64,000 nucleotides of DNA from Spirochaetota bacterium (GTDB lineage: Bacteria > Spirochaetota > UBA4802 > UBA5550), in assembly GCA_963664815.2 (NCBI GenBank), contig CAXXHB010000003.1, forward strand, positions 1,120,001 to 1,184,000, written 5' to 3'. Every line of letters begins with the position of its first letter. The first letter of the stretch is position 1. A program made the translations under genes and the position numbers. Positions 29,954 through 40,287 of this stretch are shown in pieces. The notes beneath the pieces were generated by a model. The model did no database searches. It saw nothing but the letters and a program-made list of their open reading frames with translations, and was not told where the DNA came from.

Positions 29954-32323
29954 ATGTCTGAAGAAATTAAGGATATCGCAAGCCAGCTTATAATAGCAGA
30001 GGATTTCCGTCCGGAGAAGATGACAATCATTCCGATTTCGCAGCGTCCTATATTCCCGGGTATGATGATACCTCTTATTCTCACCGGGGATATAATGATC
30101 GAAAGCGCGCAGGAGATTATGGACTCACCGAATAAAATAGGTGGTGTTGTTCTGATAAAAAATCAGCACGACGGCATGGCGAAGTCAGAGGATCTTTACC
30201 ATGTCGGGGTGGCAGTTAAAATTATTAAAATCACTCCTGTGGATGAGAGAACGGTTCAGGTTATGCTCAATGCCATAGGAAGATTTACATTGAAGAGCGT
30301 TGCACAGAATGAACCTATTATAAGGTGGCATGTAGAGAATTATTATGAAGCGGAATTTAAGCCTACTGATGAGATGAAGGCCTACTCGATGGCCATAATA
30401 AGTTCTGTAAAGGATCTTATTAAAACCAATTCTCTTTTCCAGGAGGAACTTAAACTTTTTCTTAACAGGTTCAGTGTTGAAGACCCCGGGAAGCTCTCTG
30501 ATTTTGTCGCCTCGATGACACAGGCTGAATCCGGCGAGATTCAGGATATTCTTGAAACATTTGATGTCCGCCAGCGTGTGAAAAAGGTTCTCATACTGCT
30601 GAAAAAAGAGATTGAGCTTAATAAACTCCAGAAAAAAATTACTCAGCAGATAGAGGAAAAAATTTCCAAGCAGCAGAAGGAATTCTTTCTAAGGGAACAG
30701 TTGAAGGAAATAAAGAAGGAACTGGGACTAGAAAAGGATGAGAAATCCACTGAAATAGAAAAATTCCAGGAAAAGATAGAGAAACTCAAACTCACAGAGG
30801 AGGCAGCAAAAAAGATTGATGAAGAGATGAATAAAATGCGTCTCCTTGAACCTCACTCTGCAGAATACGGTGTAAGCAGAAATTATCTCGACTGGCTGAC
30901 ATCGCTTCCATGGGGAATATTTTCTGAAGATAACTATGATATAGCAAAAGCGAGGGAGATCCTTGACAGGGATCATTACGGACTTGACGATATAAAGGAC
31001 AGGATTATCGAATTCATTGCAACTGGTAAAATGAAGGGAAATATCTCAGGATCCATAATTTGTTTTATAGGGCCTCCCGGTGTGGGTAAAACGTCTATAG
31101 GAAAATCTGTTGCCGAGGCGCTGAACAGGAAGTTCTTCAGGTTTTCTCTGGGTGGTATGAGAGATGAGGCCGAGATTAAGGGGCACAGGCGCACATACAT
31201 CGGCGCCATGCCGGGGAAAATTATACAGAGCCTTAAAACAGTAGGAGTTTCTAATCCTGTTATTATGCTTGATGAGATAGACAAAATAGGCGCGAGCTTC
31301 CAGGGAGATCCGGCTTCAGCATTACTTGAGGTTCTAGACGGCGAGCAGAATTCGGCATTTCTTGATCATTATATGGATGTAAGATTTGACCTTTCCAACA
31401 TACTGTTTATTGCAACAGCAAATACCATGGATACCATACCTGCCCCTCTTTTTGACAGAATGGAGATAATGAAATTATCAGGTTATATACTTGAAGAGAA
31501 ACTTCAGATTGCCAGGAAGTATCTTGTAAATAAACAGACTTTGGAGCATGGACTTAAAAAGAACATGGTGAAAATTGACAATGGCGCTATTAAAAAGATG
31601 ATAGACGGTTATGCAAGAGAGGCCGGCGTCAGGTCTCTTGAAAATAATATCAAGAAAGTAATGAGGAAAGTTACAAAGAGATTTGCCGAGGGCAATGCTG
31701 AACCTGTCAGCGTTACAGAAGAAAATCTTGAGGAATTCCTGGGGAAACCAAGATTTACCGACGAGTCTCTTTATAACAAAAGTATTGCCGGCGTGGTTAT
31801 GGGGCTCGCATGGACAAGCATGGGGGGGACAACACTTTATGTTGAATCCACCGGAATTCATACAAAAACAAAGGGTTTCAAACAGACCGGACAGTTAAAA
31901 GATGTTATGAGAGAGTCTTCTGAAATTGCCTACACTTATATTCAGTCAAGGGCGAAAGACTATGGAATTGATGAAGGTTATTTCGAGAATCATTTTATCC
32001 ATCTTCATGTACCTGCCGGTGCAACACCGAAAGACGGACCATCTGCAGGGATCACAATGGCAACATCACTGTATTCTCTTGCGAAGAATATGCCGATTAA
32101 AAAGAATATTGCAATGACAGGGGAGCTTACCGTAACAGGGAAAGTGCTTCCAATAGGGGGTGTGAAGGAAAAAACAATTGCGGCAAAAAAAGTAAAGGTA
32201 AAAACTATTATTTACCCATACGAAAATAAAAAAGATTTTGACGAATTGCCTGACTATATAAAAAAGGGACTGGATGCTCACTTTGTTAATTATTTTGACG
32301 AAGTTTTGGATATAGTATATTGA
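29954..32323 (+). CDS. lon: ATP-dependent Lon protease
   Basis: DHYGL, GPPGVGKTS, HRRTYIGAMPG, PKDGPSAG (Ser), IGGVKEK (Lys). Confidence 0.98.
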   Translation: MSEEIKDIASQLIIAEDFRPEKMTIIPISQRPIFPGMMIPLILTGDIMIESAQEIMDSPNKIGGVVLIKNQHDGMAKSEDLYHVGVAVKIIKITPVDERTVQVMLNAIGRFTLKSVAQNEPIIRWHVENYYEAEFKPTDEMKAYSMAIISSVKDLIKTNSLFQEELKLFLNRFSVEDPGKLSDFVASMTQAESGEIQDILETFDVRQRVKKVLILLKKEIELNKLQKKITQQIEEKISKQQKEFFLREQLKEIKKELGLEKDEKSTEIEKFQEKIEKLKLTEEAAKKIDEEMNKMRLLEPHSAEYGVSRNYLDWLTSLPWGIFSEDNYDIAKAREILDRDHYGLDDIKDRIIEFIATGKMKGNISGSIICFIGPPGVGKTSIGKSVAEALNRKFFRFSLGGMRDEAEIKGHRRTYIGAMPGKIIQSLKTVGVSNPVIMLDEIDKIGASFQGDPASALLEVLDGEQNSAFLDHYMDVRFDLSNILFIATANTMDTIPAPLFDRMEIMKLSGYILEEKLQIARKYLVNKQTLEHGLKKNMVKIDNGAIKKMIDGYAREAGVRSLENNIKKVMRKVTKRFAEGNAEPVSVTEENLEEFLGKPRFTDESLYNKSIAGVVMGLAWTSMGGTTLYVESTGIHTKTKGFKQTGQLKDVMRESSEIAYTYIQSRAKDYGIDEGYFENHFIHLHVPAGATPKDGPSAGITMATSLYSLAKNMPIKKNIAMTGELTVTGKVLPIGGVKEKTIAAKKVKVKTIIYPYENKKDFDELPDYIKKGLDAHFVNYFDEVLDIVY

Positions 32324-32330
32324 TGTGCAG

Positions 32331-32361
32331 ATTTCCACTGCCGGATTATGGTAGTGGAAAT
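32331..32361 (+). terminator. Hairpin after lon
   Basis: atttccactgcc-ggattat-ggtagtggaaat. Confidence 0.6.
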
Positions 32362-32443
32362 TTATACTTATAATTTTTTAACTTTTTTTGTTGACATTAA
32401 ATTACTCTGATATATTTAGTCTTCTATAAGTTAAAGTGCCAAT

Positions 32444-32526
32444 GCCCAGGTGGTGGAATTGGTAGACACGCATGGTTGAGGGCCATGTGGGAATTTCTCG
32501 TGTGGGTTCAAGTCCCGCTCTGGGCA
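32444..32526 (+). tRNA. tRNA-Leu(GAG)
   Basis: Acceptor GCCCAGG/TCTGGGC, D-loop GGAATTGGTAGAC, anticodon arm CATGG-TTGAGGG-CCATG, long variable arm, GTTCAAGTC; CCA not encoded. Confidence 0.96.
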
Positions 32527-32531
32527 CATTT

Positions 32532-32611
32532 AAAGGCTGCTGATGTAAATCGGGCAGCCTTTTTTTTATTGTGAAACGAAAACCACCCGATACGCAGGTG
32601 GTTTTCGTTTC
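32532..32611 (+). terminator. Tandem hairpins after tRNA-Leu
   Basis: aaaggctgc..gcagcctttttttt, then a 15-bp stem gaaacgaaaaccacc/ggtggttttcgtttc (32573-32611). Confidence 0.75.
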
Positions 32612-32685
32612 TGGTTTTTTTGATATCTTTGTTATAATTGAAAATATCTGCGGATATATTATCATATATTATAAGGAAGCTTTTA

Positions 32686-33099
32686 ATGGAAAGAACGCTA
32701 TCAATAATTAAACCGGATGGAGTAAGAAAGAATATTGTCGGAGAAATTATAAAGAGATTTGAGTCTGCCGGTTTGAGGCTGGCAGCGATAAAAAAGATTC
32801 ATATGTCAAAAGCTGATGCAGAGGGATTTTATTATGTACATAAAGACAAATCTTTCTATGAGGAACTGACTGAATTCATGTCAGATGGACCGGTTGTGGT
32901 AATGGTTCTGGAAGGTGATAATGCAATTGTACTGAACAGAAAGTTAATGGGTGCAACCAATTTCAGGGAGGCGGAACCTGGTACTATCAGAGCTGATTTT
33001 GCTACAAGTATACAGTTTAATATTGTTCATGGATCTGATGCTCCTGAAACTGCTGCATCTGAAATTGGTTATTTTTTCTCAGTAACAGAGATATTTTAA
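32686..33099 (+). CDS. ndk: Nucleoside diphosphate kinase
   Basis: [25 protein letters not shown]. Confidence 0.97.
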   Translation: MERTLSIIKPDGVRKNIVGEIIKRFESAGLRLAAIKKIHMSKADAEGFYYVHKDKSFYEELTEFMSDGPVVVMVLEGDNAIVLNRKLMGATNFREAEPGTIRADFATSIQFNIVHGSDAPETAASEIGYFFSVTEIF

Positions 33100-33107
33100 C
33101 GTTTCAT

Positions 33108-33527
33108 GTGGAGGTTCTGATTTTGAAAAGATTGCTGATTCTGATTATGCTTACAGGATGCGCAGGTACACTAAACCATGACGTTAAAAACCTCTCACCA
33201 TTAACCGGAATCTGGACATATAATAACTGTTCAATAAAAAATACTTCAGTAAACGGTACAGCTGAATTCAGAGATAATGGAGAACTGGTGTTAAAGATAA
33301 AGGCACGGGATGATTATCCTGTGAAAAACAATTTTAGTGGAAAATATAAGTACTTTACAGAGGGTAACCGGATAAAAACTGATTACCCGGGGGGATATGG
33401 TATTGATGAATATTTCCTGATTGAGGGGGAGTATCTTTATTTTTCGGGAACAGCTATTGACAGATTAATTGAAGAACCGGAAAAATACAGATATAACTGG
33501 ACATACAAATTAAAAAGGAAAAAATAA
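33108..33527 (+). CDS. Hypothetical lipoprotein (lipocalin-like beta fold possible)
   Basis: Lipobox LTGC; LTGIW motif. Confidence 0.65.
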   Translation: MEVLILKRLLILIMLTGCAGTLNHDVKNLSPLTGIWTYNNCSIKNTSVNGTAEFRDNGELVLKIKARDDYPVKNNFSGKYKYFTEGNRIKTDYPGGYGIDEYFLIEGEYLYFSGTAIDRLIEEPEKYRYNWTYKLKRKK

Positions 33528-33572
33528 AAAAAGACTACCGGAATATTATTTCAATTTGATGTTAAAGACGTT

Positions 33573-33602
33573 AAAAAAGCAGCCTGTTATGGCTGCTTTT
33601 TT
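33573..33602. terminator. Bidirectional intrinsic terminator
   Basis: aaaaaagcagcc-tgttat-ggctgctttttt. Confidence 0.85.
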
Positions 33603-33623
33603 ATGATAATAATTTTCAAATGA

Positions 33624-34841
33624 CTATTCCTGTGAATAACCGTCAACAAATTCGGCGAATCGCTTTGCCACAAGCTTCATTTCATCTAACGGGGGCAGAA
33701 ACACAACGCGGAAATGATCGGGGTGCGGCCAGTTGAATCCCGTGCCCTGAACAAGCATTACTTTTTTCTGTTTAAGAAAATCGAGTACAAACTGGGCGTC
33801 GTTTTTTACCGTGATTTTTTTCAAATCAATTTTCGGGAACAGGTACATCCCCCCCATAGGTTTTACGCATGAAATACCGGGGATTGAATTAAAAAGTTCA
33901 TACGAAAAATTTCTTTGCTCATATAATCTGCCGCCCGGCGAAGTCAGTTCATATATACTCTGGTATCCGCCTATTGCTGTCTGTACCGCATACTGGGCAG
34001 GCATATTGGAACATAGTCTCATGGATGCGAGAATTCCAAGACCTTCAATAAAATCTTTTGCGTTATCCTTCTTTCCGCTTATTGACATCCACCCGACGCG
34101 GAACCCGCATAAGCGATGCGATTTGGAAAGGCCATTCATTGTTATAAAAAGAGTTTCGTCTGAAAGTGACGCTGCAGGTGTATGAGGTATATCGTCATAT
34201 TTAACCCTGTCGTATATTTCATCTGCAAATACAATAAGTTCATTCTTAACTGCTATTTCGACAATTTTTTCAACAATCTCTTTCGGATAGACCGCTCCAG
34301 TAGGATTGTTGGGATTAATAAGAACAATTGCCCTTGTTCTGGAGGTTATCTTGCTCTCGATATCATTAATATCCGGATACCAAAGACTCGACTCATCGCA
34401 GAGATAGTGTACGGCCTTTCCTCCGGCAAGATTTGCTGCGCCGGTCCATAGGGGGTAATCAGGCATGGGAACGAGAATCTCATCGCCGTTATTCAGGAGT
34501 CCCTGCATGCACATCACTATAAGTTCGCTGACGCCGTTACCTATAATAATATCTTCAATTGTTACTCCATTGATACCTTTAAGCTGACAGTCCTGCATTA
34601 TAGCCTTACGGGCCGCGAAGAGTCCTTTCGAATCGCCATAGGCTTCAGCATGGCGGAGATTTACAATTACATCCTGGATTATCTCATCCGGTGCATAAAG
34701 ACCGAATGCAGAAGGATTCCCTGTGTTAAGTTTTATGATAGTATGACCTTCCCGTTCCAGCCGCGCGGCTTCCTGAACTATCGGGCCGCGTATATCATAA
34801 AATACGTTATCAAGTTTACTGGATTTTCTTATGTCTTTCAC
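33624..34841 (-). CDS. alaA: PLP-dependent aminotransferase class I, AlaA/AlaT type
   Basis: YDIRGP, GNGVSELI, NPNNPTG, DEIYD, GLSKSHRLCGFRVGW, QGTGFNWP.PDHFR. Confidence 0.92.
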   Translation of the reverse strand: MKDIRKSSKLDNVFYDIRGPIVQEAARLEREGHTIIKLNTGNPSAFGLYAPDEIIQDVIVNLRHAEAYGDSKGLFAARKAIMQDCQLKGINGVTIEDIIIGNGVSELIVMCMQGLLNNGDEILVPMPDYPLWTGAANLAGGKAVHYLCDESSLWYPDINDIESKITSRTRAIVLINPNNPTGAVYPKEIVEKIVEIAVKNELIVFADEIYDRVKYDDIPHTPAASLSDETLFITMNGLSKSHRLCGFRVGWMSISGKKDNAKDFIEGLGILASMRLCSNMPAQYAVQTAIGGYQSIYELTSPGGRLYEQRNFSYELFNSIPGISCVKPMGGMYLFPKIDLKKITVKNDAQFVLDFLKQKKVMLVQGTGFNWPHPDHFRVVFLPPLDEMKLVAKRFAEFVDGYSQE

Positions 34842-35379
34842 TTCTTCCTCCTGCTTATGTATATCAATATGTAATCATATTATTCATTCAGGTTCATTTT
34901 ACAACTCTGACTTCAGAAACAATAATAAATCAACTGAGATTTGCTGAATAAATTTTGTCAAGAATGATAACTGATATTTTTTCTGCAGATCGGTCAATTC
35001 ATGTTATTATTGAATTATAAATTTTGAAACAAACTGAATGTTGCTGTATAGAAATTCACAGATGATATTATCAGGATAAATTCCCGAAATCTCTGTAATA
35101 AACAATTAAATATCTTCACACCGGGCAGATAATGATTCAACGATCATCTTTTTTATGAAAAATGGAGAAAACGGCATTTTGGAATATGTTGTTGAGAAGA
35201 TTAGAGGGGAAAAAGATATAATGAAAGTAATAAACTCCGTTAATATTAAACTGAATTGTGTTTAAATGGCCTGTTTATATTCGAAAATACCTGGTAAGTC
35301 TGCATAATTTGGCATAAAACCAGGAAATTGTTAATTGACAAAGATTACAGTATAAATTATCAGGTATTCTAATGTCTGT

Positions 35380-35464
35380 GGAAAGGTGTCCGAGCGGCCA
35401 AAGGAGCACGGTTGGAAGCCGTGTGTTGCGAAAGTGACCGTGGGTTCGAATCCCACCCTTTCCG
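35380..35464 (+). tRNA. tRNA-Ser(GGA)
   Basis: Acceptor GGAAAGG/CCTTTCC, anticodon arm CACGG-TTGGAAG-CCGTG, variable arm, GTTCGAATC, discriminator G. Confidence 0.96.
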
Positions 35465-35497
35465 AATAAAAAATAACTCCGGGCTGATCAGTGAAAT

Positions 35498-37177
35498 ATG
35501 TCATACCAGGTAATAGCCAGAAAGTGGAGACCTCAGACTTTCGGTGAAGTCGTCTTCCAGGATCATGTTTCTAAAACAATTCAAAACAGCATTAATCAGG
35601 GGAGAATTACCCATGCCTATCTGTTTTCCGGCCCACGCGGTGTCGGCAAGACAACCATGGCAAGAATCCTTGCTAAAGCCCTGAATTGTGTTGAAGGTCC
35701 TACTCCGAGTCCATGCGGTGTATGTGAAAACTGTGTGGAAATAAAACAGGGAATATCCTTCGATGTTATAGAAATCGACGGAGCTTCAAACAACGGAATA
35801 GACAATATCCGTGAACTTCGCGAAAATGTAAATTTTGCCCCTGCCAAGTCAAAATACAAGATATACATAATAGATGAAGTACATATGGTTACCACACAGG
35901 CTTTCAATGCGCTGCTGAAAACGCTGGAGGAACCGCCGCCGCATGTGATTTTTATTCTTGCTACAACAGAGATGCATAAAATTCCCGAGACAATTCTTTC
36001 CCGCTGCCAGAAATATTTCTTTAAAAAAATACCTGTAGACAGAGTGGTTGAACATCTTCGAAATATAGTAAAGAAAGAGGGGTATAAAATCTCTGAAAAT
36101 GCGCTTTTCCCGGTTGCGCGTATTGCAGATGGTTCCATGAGGGACGCACAGTCCCTGCTTGAACAGGTTATTTCATTTTCAGGTCTTGCAACAGGTATGG
36201 ATACAGAGATTTCAGAGGAGGACGCTCTTTCAATCATGGGGGTTGTCCCCACTGAAAGTTATATTCGTATAATGGATCTTATCGCGGAAGCCGATGGTAA
36301 GGGACTGATGTCCGAAGTTGAAAAAATAGTGTCGATGGGAATAGACATTTCAAGATACTCCTCCGGCCTTATCGAGGTTATAAGATCACTCCGGCTGATA
36401 AACAGTGGTGTTGAGATACAGGGAATACTCGGCCTGTCTGAGGAGGAGATGAAATCCTTAAGAAATGTCGCTGTTAAATTCAATGATGAAGAGCTTGGCC
36501 GGTTTTTTATGTACTGTGCTGAACTTGTAAAAAATCTGAGATTTTCCGGAAATGACAGGGTTTATCTGGAAATGACTCTTCTTGATATGGTTTCTATAAG
36601 GAAAACTCCATCTATAGCTGCAATTATAAAGTACCTGGAGAACAGTGCGGCGAATACATCTTCGTTATATATGAGCAATGATGATAAAAAAGATGATAAA
36701 AGTGCAAAATCAGGTATAAAAGAGAATATTAAAAAACCGGCCGATATAAATGTGGTCTGGAACCAATTTCTTGAAGAGCTTGAGGTAAAAAAAGATAAAC
36801 TATTCTTTATTTTACGTCCAGCTAAGGCAGTGTTCAGTTCGGGAGTGCTTACTCTTCAATATCCTGATGGTTTAAATAGATCAAACTATAATGAGATTCT
36901 TGATTCTGATGTATTAAAAAGCATAGAAGAGCGGTTTTCTTCCATGTTCGGATCAACGGTGACCATTAAAAGCGGAATACCATTGGCTGTATCAGTAAGA
37001 GAAACTATTAAGGAACCGATTGAGGCTGGTGAAAATGGAGAGGATGATAATTTAGCGCCTCTTACAGAAGCTGAAATGATTTTAAATCCTGAAAAGGAGG
37101 ATTATAGTATTGAAAGTCATGCAGTCACAAAGCTTCAGAATGCGTTTCATGGACAGATAATAAAAAAAGGAGAATAA
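35498..37177 (+). CDS. dnaX: DNA polymerase III subunit gamma/tau
   Basis: ARKWRP, GPRGVGKTT, Zn-binding cysteines, DEVH, SRC. Confidence 0.97.
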   Translation: MSYQVIARKWRPQTFGEVVFQDHVSKTIQNSINQGRITHAYLFSGPRGVGKTTMARILAKALNCVEGPTPSPCGVCENCVEIKQGISFDVIEIDGASNNGIDNIRELRENVNFAPAKSKYKIYIIDEVHMVTTQAFNALLKTLEEPPPHVIFILATTEMHKIPETILSRCQKYFFKKIPVDRVVEHLRNIVKKEGYKISENALFPVARIADGSMRDAQSLLEQVISFSGLATGMDTEISEEDALSIMGVVPTESYIRIMDLIAEADGKGLMSEVEKIVSMGIDISRYSSGLIEVIRSLRLINSGVEIQGILGLSEEEMKSLRNVAVKFNDEELGRFFMYCAELVKNLRFSGNDRVYLEMTLLDMVSIRKTPSIAAIIKYLENSAANTSSLYMSNDDKKDDKSAKSGIKENIKKPADINVVWNQFLEELEVKKDKLFFILRPAKAVFSSGVLTLQYPDGLNRSNYNEILDSDVLKSIEERFSSMFGSTVTIKSGIPLAVSVRETIKEPIEAGENGEDDNLAPLTEAEMILNPEKEDYSIESHAVTKLQNAFHGQIIKKGE

Positions 37178-37179
37178 TT

Positions 37180-37494
37180 ATGTTAAAGGGACTTGGTGAT
37201 ATCGGTCAGCTGATGAAAATGCAGAAAGAGATGAAAAACATCCAGAAGAAAATCCAGAAGGCAAAGATTGAAGGGGAAAGCTCTGATGGGAGTGTCAAAG
37301 CTACAGTAAATGGCGAATTCAGCCTTCTCGATATATCTATCAGTGAGAATCTTGTAAAAGCGGGGGATGCAAAGAAGGTGGAGAAGATGGTATACTCCGC
37401 AGTTAACGATGCAGTGAATAAAGCGAGGGATTTTGCCGCGGAAGAGATGAAGGCAATTGCCGGCGGTATGGACCTTGGCTCAATGTTCAAATAG
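37180..37494 (+). CDS. ybaB: YbaB/EbfC nucleoid-associated protein
   Basis: Position between dnaX and recR; SAVNDA motif. Confidence 0.93.
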   Translation: MLKGLGDIGQLMKMQKEMKNIQKKIQKAKIEGESSDGSVKATVNGEFSLLDISISENLVKAGDAKKVEKMVYSAVNDAVNKARDFAAEEMKAIAGGMDLGSMFK

Positions 37495-37506
37495 AGGCGG
37501 GTTATT

Positions 37507-38106
37507 TTGACCTCTCCATCAGTATATCTGGACAGAGTTACAAGAGAACTCTCAAAACTTCCCGGGATAGGGAATAAAAGCGCTTCAAGGATAGCATTTC
37601 ATCTTCTGAAAATGGGACGTCCTGATGTTGAGAGTATTGCCGCATCAATGATAGATCTGAAAAACAACATCAGGGCATGTGTTGAATGCGGCGGTATCTC
37701 CGATATGGAGGTCTGCTCAATATGCTCTGATGCAGGAAGGAATCGAGGAATGCTCTGCGTTGTAGAAGGGGCAAGAGATGTGCTGAATATTGAGGCCTCG
37801 GGAGAGTTTAAAGGCCTTTATCATGTGCTCTCGGGTCTTATATCTCCGCTTGATGGCATAGGTCCGGAAGACCTTAACATAAGTGCGCTGGTTAAAAAAT
37901 GCGCTGCAGGGGGCTTTGATGAAATTATTATGGCTTTGAGTCCAACAATTGAAGGCGACGCGACTACACTCTATCTTGCTTCACTGATTTCGCCTTTCGG
38001 TATTAAAGTAACAAGAATAGCTCATGGACTACCGGTGGGCTCAGATCTTGAGTATGTGGACTGCGCCACAATAGCCAAATCAATAGCAGGGAGGGTGATA
38101 ATCTGA
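37507..38106 (+). CDS. recR: Recombination protein RecR
   Basis: LPGIG.KSA.R, C4 zinc finger, ISPLDGIGP, EGDAT, RIAHGLPVG. Confidence 0.97.
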   Translation: MTSPSVYLDRVTRELSKLPGIGNKSASRIAFHLLKMGRPDVESIAASMIDLKNNIRACVECGGISDMEVCSICSDAGRNRGMLCVVEGARDVLNIEASGEFKGLYHVLSGLISPLDGIGPEDLNISALVKKCAAGGFDEIIMALSPTIEGDATTLYLASLISPFGIKVTRIAHGLPVGSDLEYVDCATIAKSIAGRVII

Positions 38107-38121
38107 TTATATTGTTATCTT

Positions 38122-39447
38122 CTATTTCTTCTCTCTCTTTTTTTTCCCTTCTATATGAATGATTATTGGAAGTCCTTCAAGATCAAAAGCCTTCTGAAGC
38201 TCCTTTTCGAAGTATCTTACTACATCTTTTTTGAAAAAATCAGCATTATTGACAAAGAATTTGAATTGAGGCGGGATTGTATCGATCTGAACCGCGTAAT
38301 ATACCTTTATCTTCTCTCCAAGCTGTGGGATCCTTCCAAAGCTTTTAATGTTTCCCATCACTCTGTTGAGTGTTGGAGTGTCAATCCGCCTGTTTGCTCT
38401 CTCCTTTAAAAGTATTGCATTCTCCAGAAGCTTGTTGATTCTTTGTTTTTCCTTCGCAGAGATGGAGATTATAGGGAAGTCGCCTGCTTTATAGAACTTG
38501 AAAATGAGTTTTTCTTTGAATGCATCGAAGGTTTTATGGTCTTTATCGACTGCATCCCACTTGTTGACCGCTATTATAATTGGTTTTTTCGCCTTTAATA
38601 TTTCATCCGATATTTTTTTATCGTTTTCAGTCAAACCCATGGTGGCATCAATGAGATGTATAACGACGTCACATCTGTGAATTGATTCGACAGTACGGGT
38701 GAAAGAGTAATACTCGATATCTTCAGTGATTTTACTCTTCTTTCTTATGCCTGCAGTGTCGATGATCTGTACATTTTTGCCGTAATATGTGAACATGTCA
38801 TCGACTGAATCTCTTGTTGTACCGGGTATATCGGAGACAACAGAGCGCTCAAAGCCCATGAAGGCGTTTAAAAGTGTCGATTTACCGGAGTTTGGCCGCC
38901 CTACTATTGCAATTTTAAGGTCTGGTTCCGGTATTGAAGTCTTTTGTGACGGCAACAACCTTATTATATTGTCGAGCAAAAGGTTAATATTGAATCTCCG
39001 CGTGGCGGAAACTGGTATTACTTCGGTCATTCCCATTTCGTAAAAGTTGGTCATTACTTCCAGTTGATCGCCATTATCCATCTTGTTTACGGCAATAATT
39101 GCCGGTTTTGACATTTTTCTTACAATATTGGCCAGATCATAGTCAAAAGAAGAGGGAGCCGGGTACTCCATAAGAAATAAAATTACATCTGTTTTTTCTA
39201 AATGCTTATTTGCATTGTCTATGATGGTGTCTGAAAGCTCGGAAGCGGAGGAAAGGTCAAGCCCCGGAGTATCTGAAAGTATGAAGCTCACTCCGTTGTA
39301 TGCCATATTGTTCGATATAACATCGCGTGTAAGTCCGGGGAATGGGTCAACAATGGACTTTTTGTCCCTGATAAGGGTGTTGAACAGGGTTGATTTCCCG
39401 ACATTCTGTCTTCCAACTATTGATACAACGGGCAGTTTCGTTGACAT
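38122..39447 (-). CDS. der: Ribosome biogenesis GTPase Der (EngA)
   Basis: Two G-domains (GRQNVGKST, GRPNSGKST; NKMD, NKWD) plus KH-like domain; ATG 39447 follows GAAGGAG. Confidence 0.97.
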   Translation of the reverse strand: MSTKLPVVSIVGRQNVGKSTLFNTLIRDKKSIVDPFPGLTRDVISNNMAYNGVSFILSDTPGLDLSSASELSDTIIDNANKHLEKTDVILFLMEYPAPSSFDYDLANIVRKMSKPAIIAVNKMDNGDQLEVMTNFYEMGMTEVIPVSATRRFNINLLLDNIIRLLPSQKTSIPEPDLKIAIVGRPNSGKSTLLNAFMGFERSVVSDIPGTTRDSVDDMFTYYGKNVQIIDTAGIRKKSKITEDIEYYSFTRTVESIHRCDVVIHLIDATMGLTENDKKISDEILKAKKPIIIAVNKWDAVDKDHKTFDAFKEKLIFKFYKAGDFPIISISAKEKQRINKLLENAILLKERANRRIDTPTLNRVMGNIKSFGRIPQLGEKIKVYYAVQIDTIPPQFKFFVNNADFFKKDVVRYFEKELQKAFDLEGLPIIIHIEGKKKREKK

Positions 39448-39582
39448 TGATACTCCTTCGGGCCGTGTGCGGCACATATCATCCGGTTTTTAACGCTATT
39501 TTAAGAAAAAAACAGCACACAATTACAGTCAATACATTAATATAATATATTTTTTTCAAATAAAATTAAAATTGCGGGTAAT

Positions 39583-40053
39583 TATATTAACAGTCGATTC
39601 GGGGCTCAGATGTTGTTATTTTTACAATAAATACATTAGTCGGTATCAATAAATGGTGTTCTGCATCCGGTTATTTTTGTAAAACATCGGTTCCGCAAGG
39701 TGGAAGTTGTCCATTTTAAGACAAATTAAGGCGTTGATACCGACCATTGGAGTTCAATAGCCTGTGATAATTGCAAAAACGTTATTTCCGCTGGGTGGAA
39801 ATCGCATATTTTACTGAAAATATAGTAGTTGTTGCCAACAATTGGTGCCCGGCAGACGGTGATAGTTGTAAAACACAAACACAGGAAGGCTGAAGTTGTC
39901 CATTTTATGATAAATTCAGACGCTGATACCGATCTTTGGAGCTCAATAACCTGTGATAATTGCGAAAACATCATCTCCGAAGGGTGGATTTAGCGTACTT
40001 AACCGAAATATATGTGTTGTTATCGGCAATTGGGGTTCAATAATTGGTGATAA
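39583..40053. repeat. Degenerate tandem array of five 94-95-bp units
   Basis: Units start at 39583, 39677, 39771, 39866, 39960; gapless hand counts: unit 2 vs 4 75/94, unit 1 vs 2 49/94. Confidence 0.85.
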
Positions 40054-40137
40054 GTATCTATAATGCACGATCTTCAGGCATCAGATTGGTGGTGAAGACA
40101 CTGTTCTGAACTTTTTAATGAGTAATTAAAAAAAAAT

Positions 40138-40240
40138 TTAAGCTCGATGTTTGTTGAACCGATATTTTATGTGAGATTATTGATGCTGTTATACGATTTT
40201 TTTATTTTTTACTTGCATTAATAATAGTTCTATGTATTAT
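40138..40240 (+). promoter_or_regulatory. Candidate tandem promoters (sigma-28 and sigma70) for the small basic protein
   Basis: TTAA-N16-ACCGATAT (40138-40165); TTGCAT-16bp-TATTAT (40213-40240). Confidence 0.5.
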
Positions 40241-40287
40241 TAAATTAATTTTGAATTATTTTAAAAAAAAATTTGAGGTGTGTTTTT

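Noticed and set aside
34875-35330. Possible gene remnant upstream of tRNA-Ser (MKNGENGILEYVVEK...)
   Set aside because: Short, no RBS or recognisable motif; no integrase or tRNA 3'-end duplication indicating an island.
36787-36798. Possible -1 frameshift in dnaX (A AAA AAA followed by AGA TAA) giving a gamma-like product
   Set aside because: Not the canonical A AAA AAG, no clear downstream hairpin, and A7 runs are common in this AT-rich DNA; the AAAAAAG at 36686 is in the wrong frame.
39726-39974. 82-aa minus-strand ORF with an internal repeat
   Set aside because: No RBS seen; the equivalent frame is closed by a stop in the neighbouring unit and the 94/95-bp period breaks frame, so it is a by-product of the DNA repeat.
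39583-40053. Array as a CRISPR locus
   Set aside because: Similarity spans the whole unit, with no identical repeat plus unique spacer pattern, and no cas genes are in the window.
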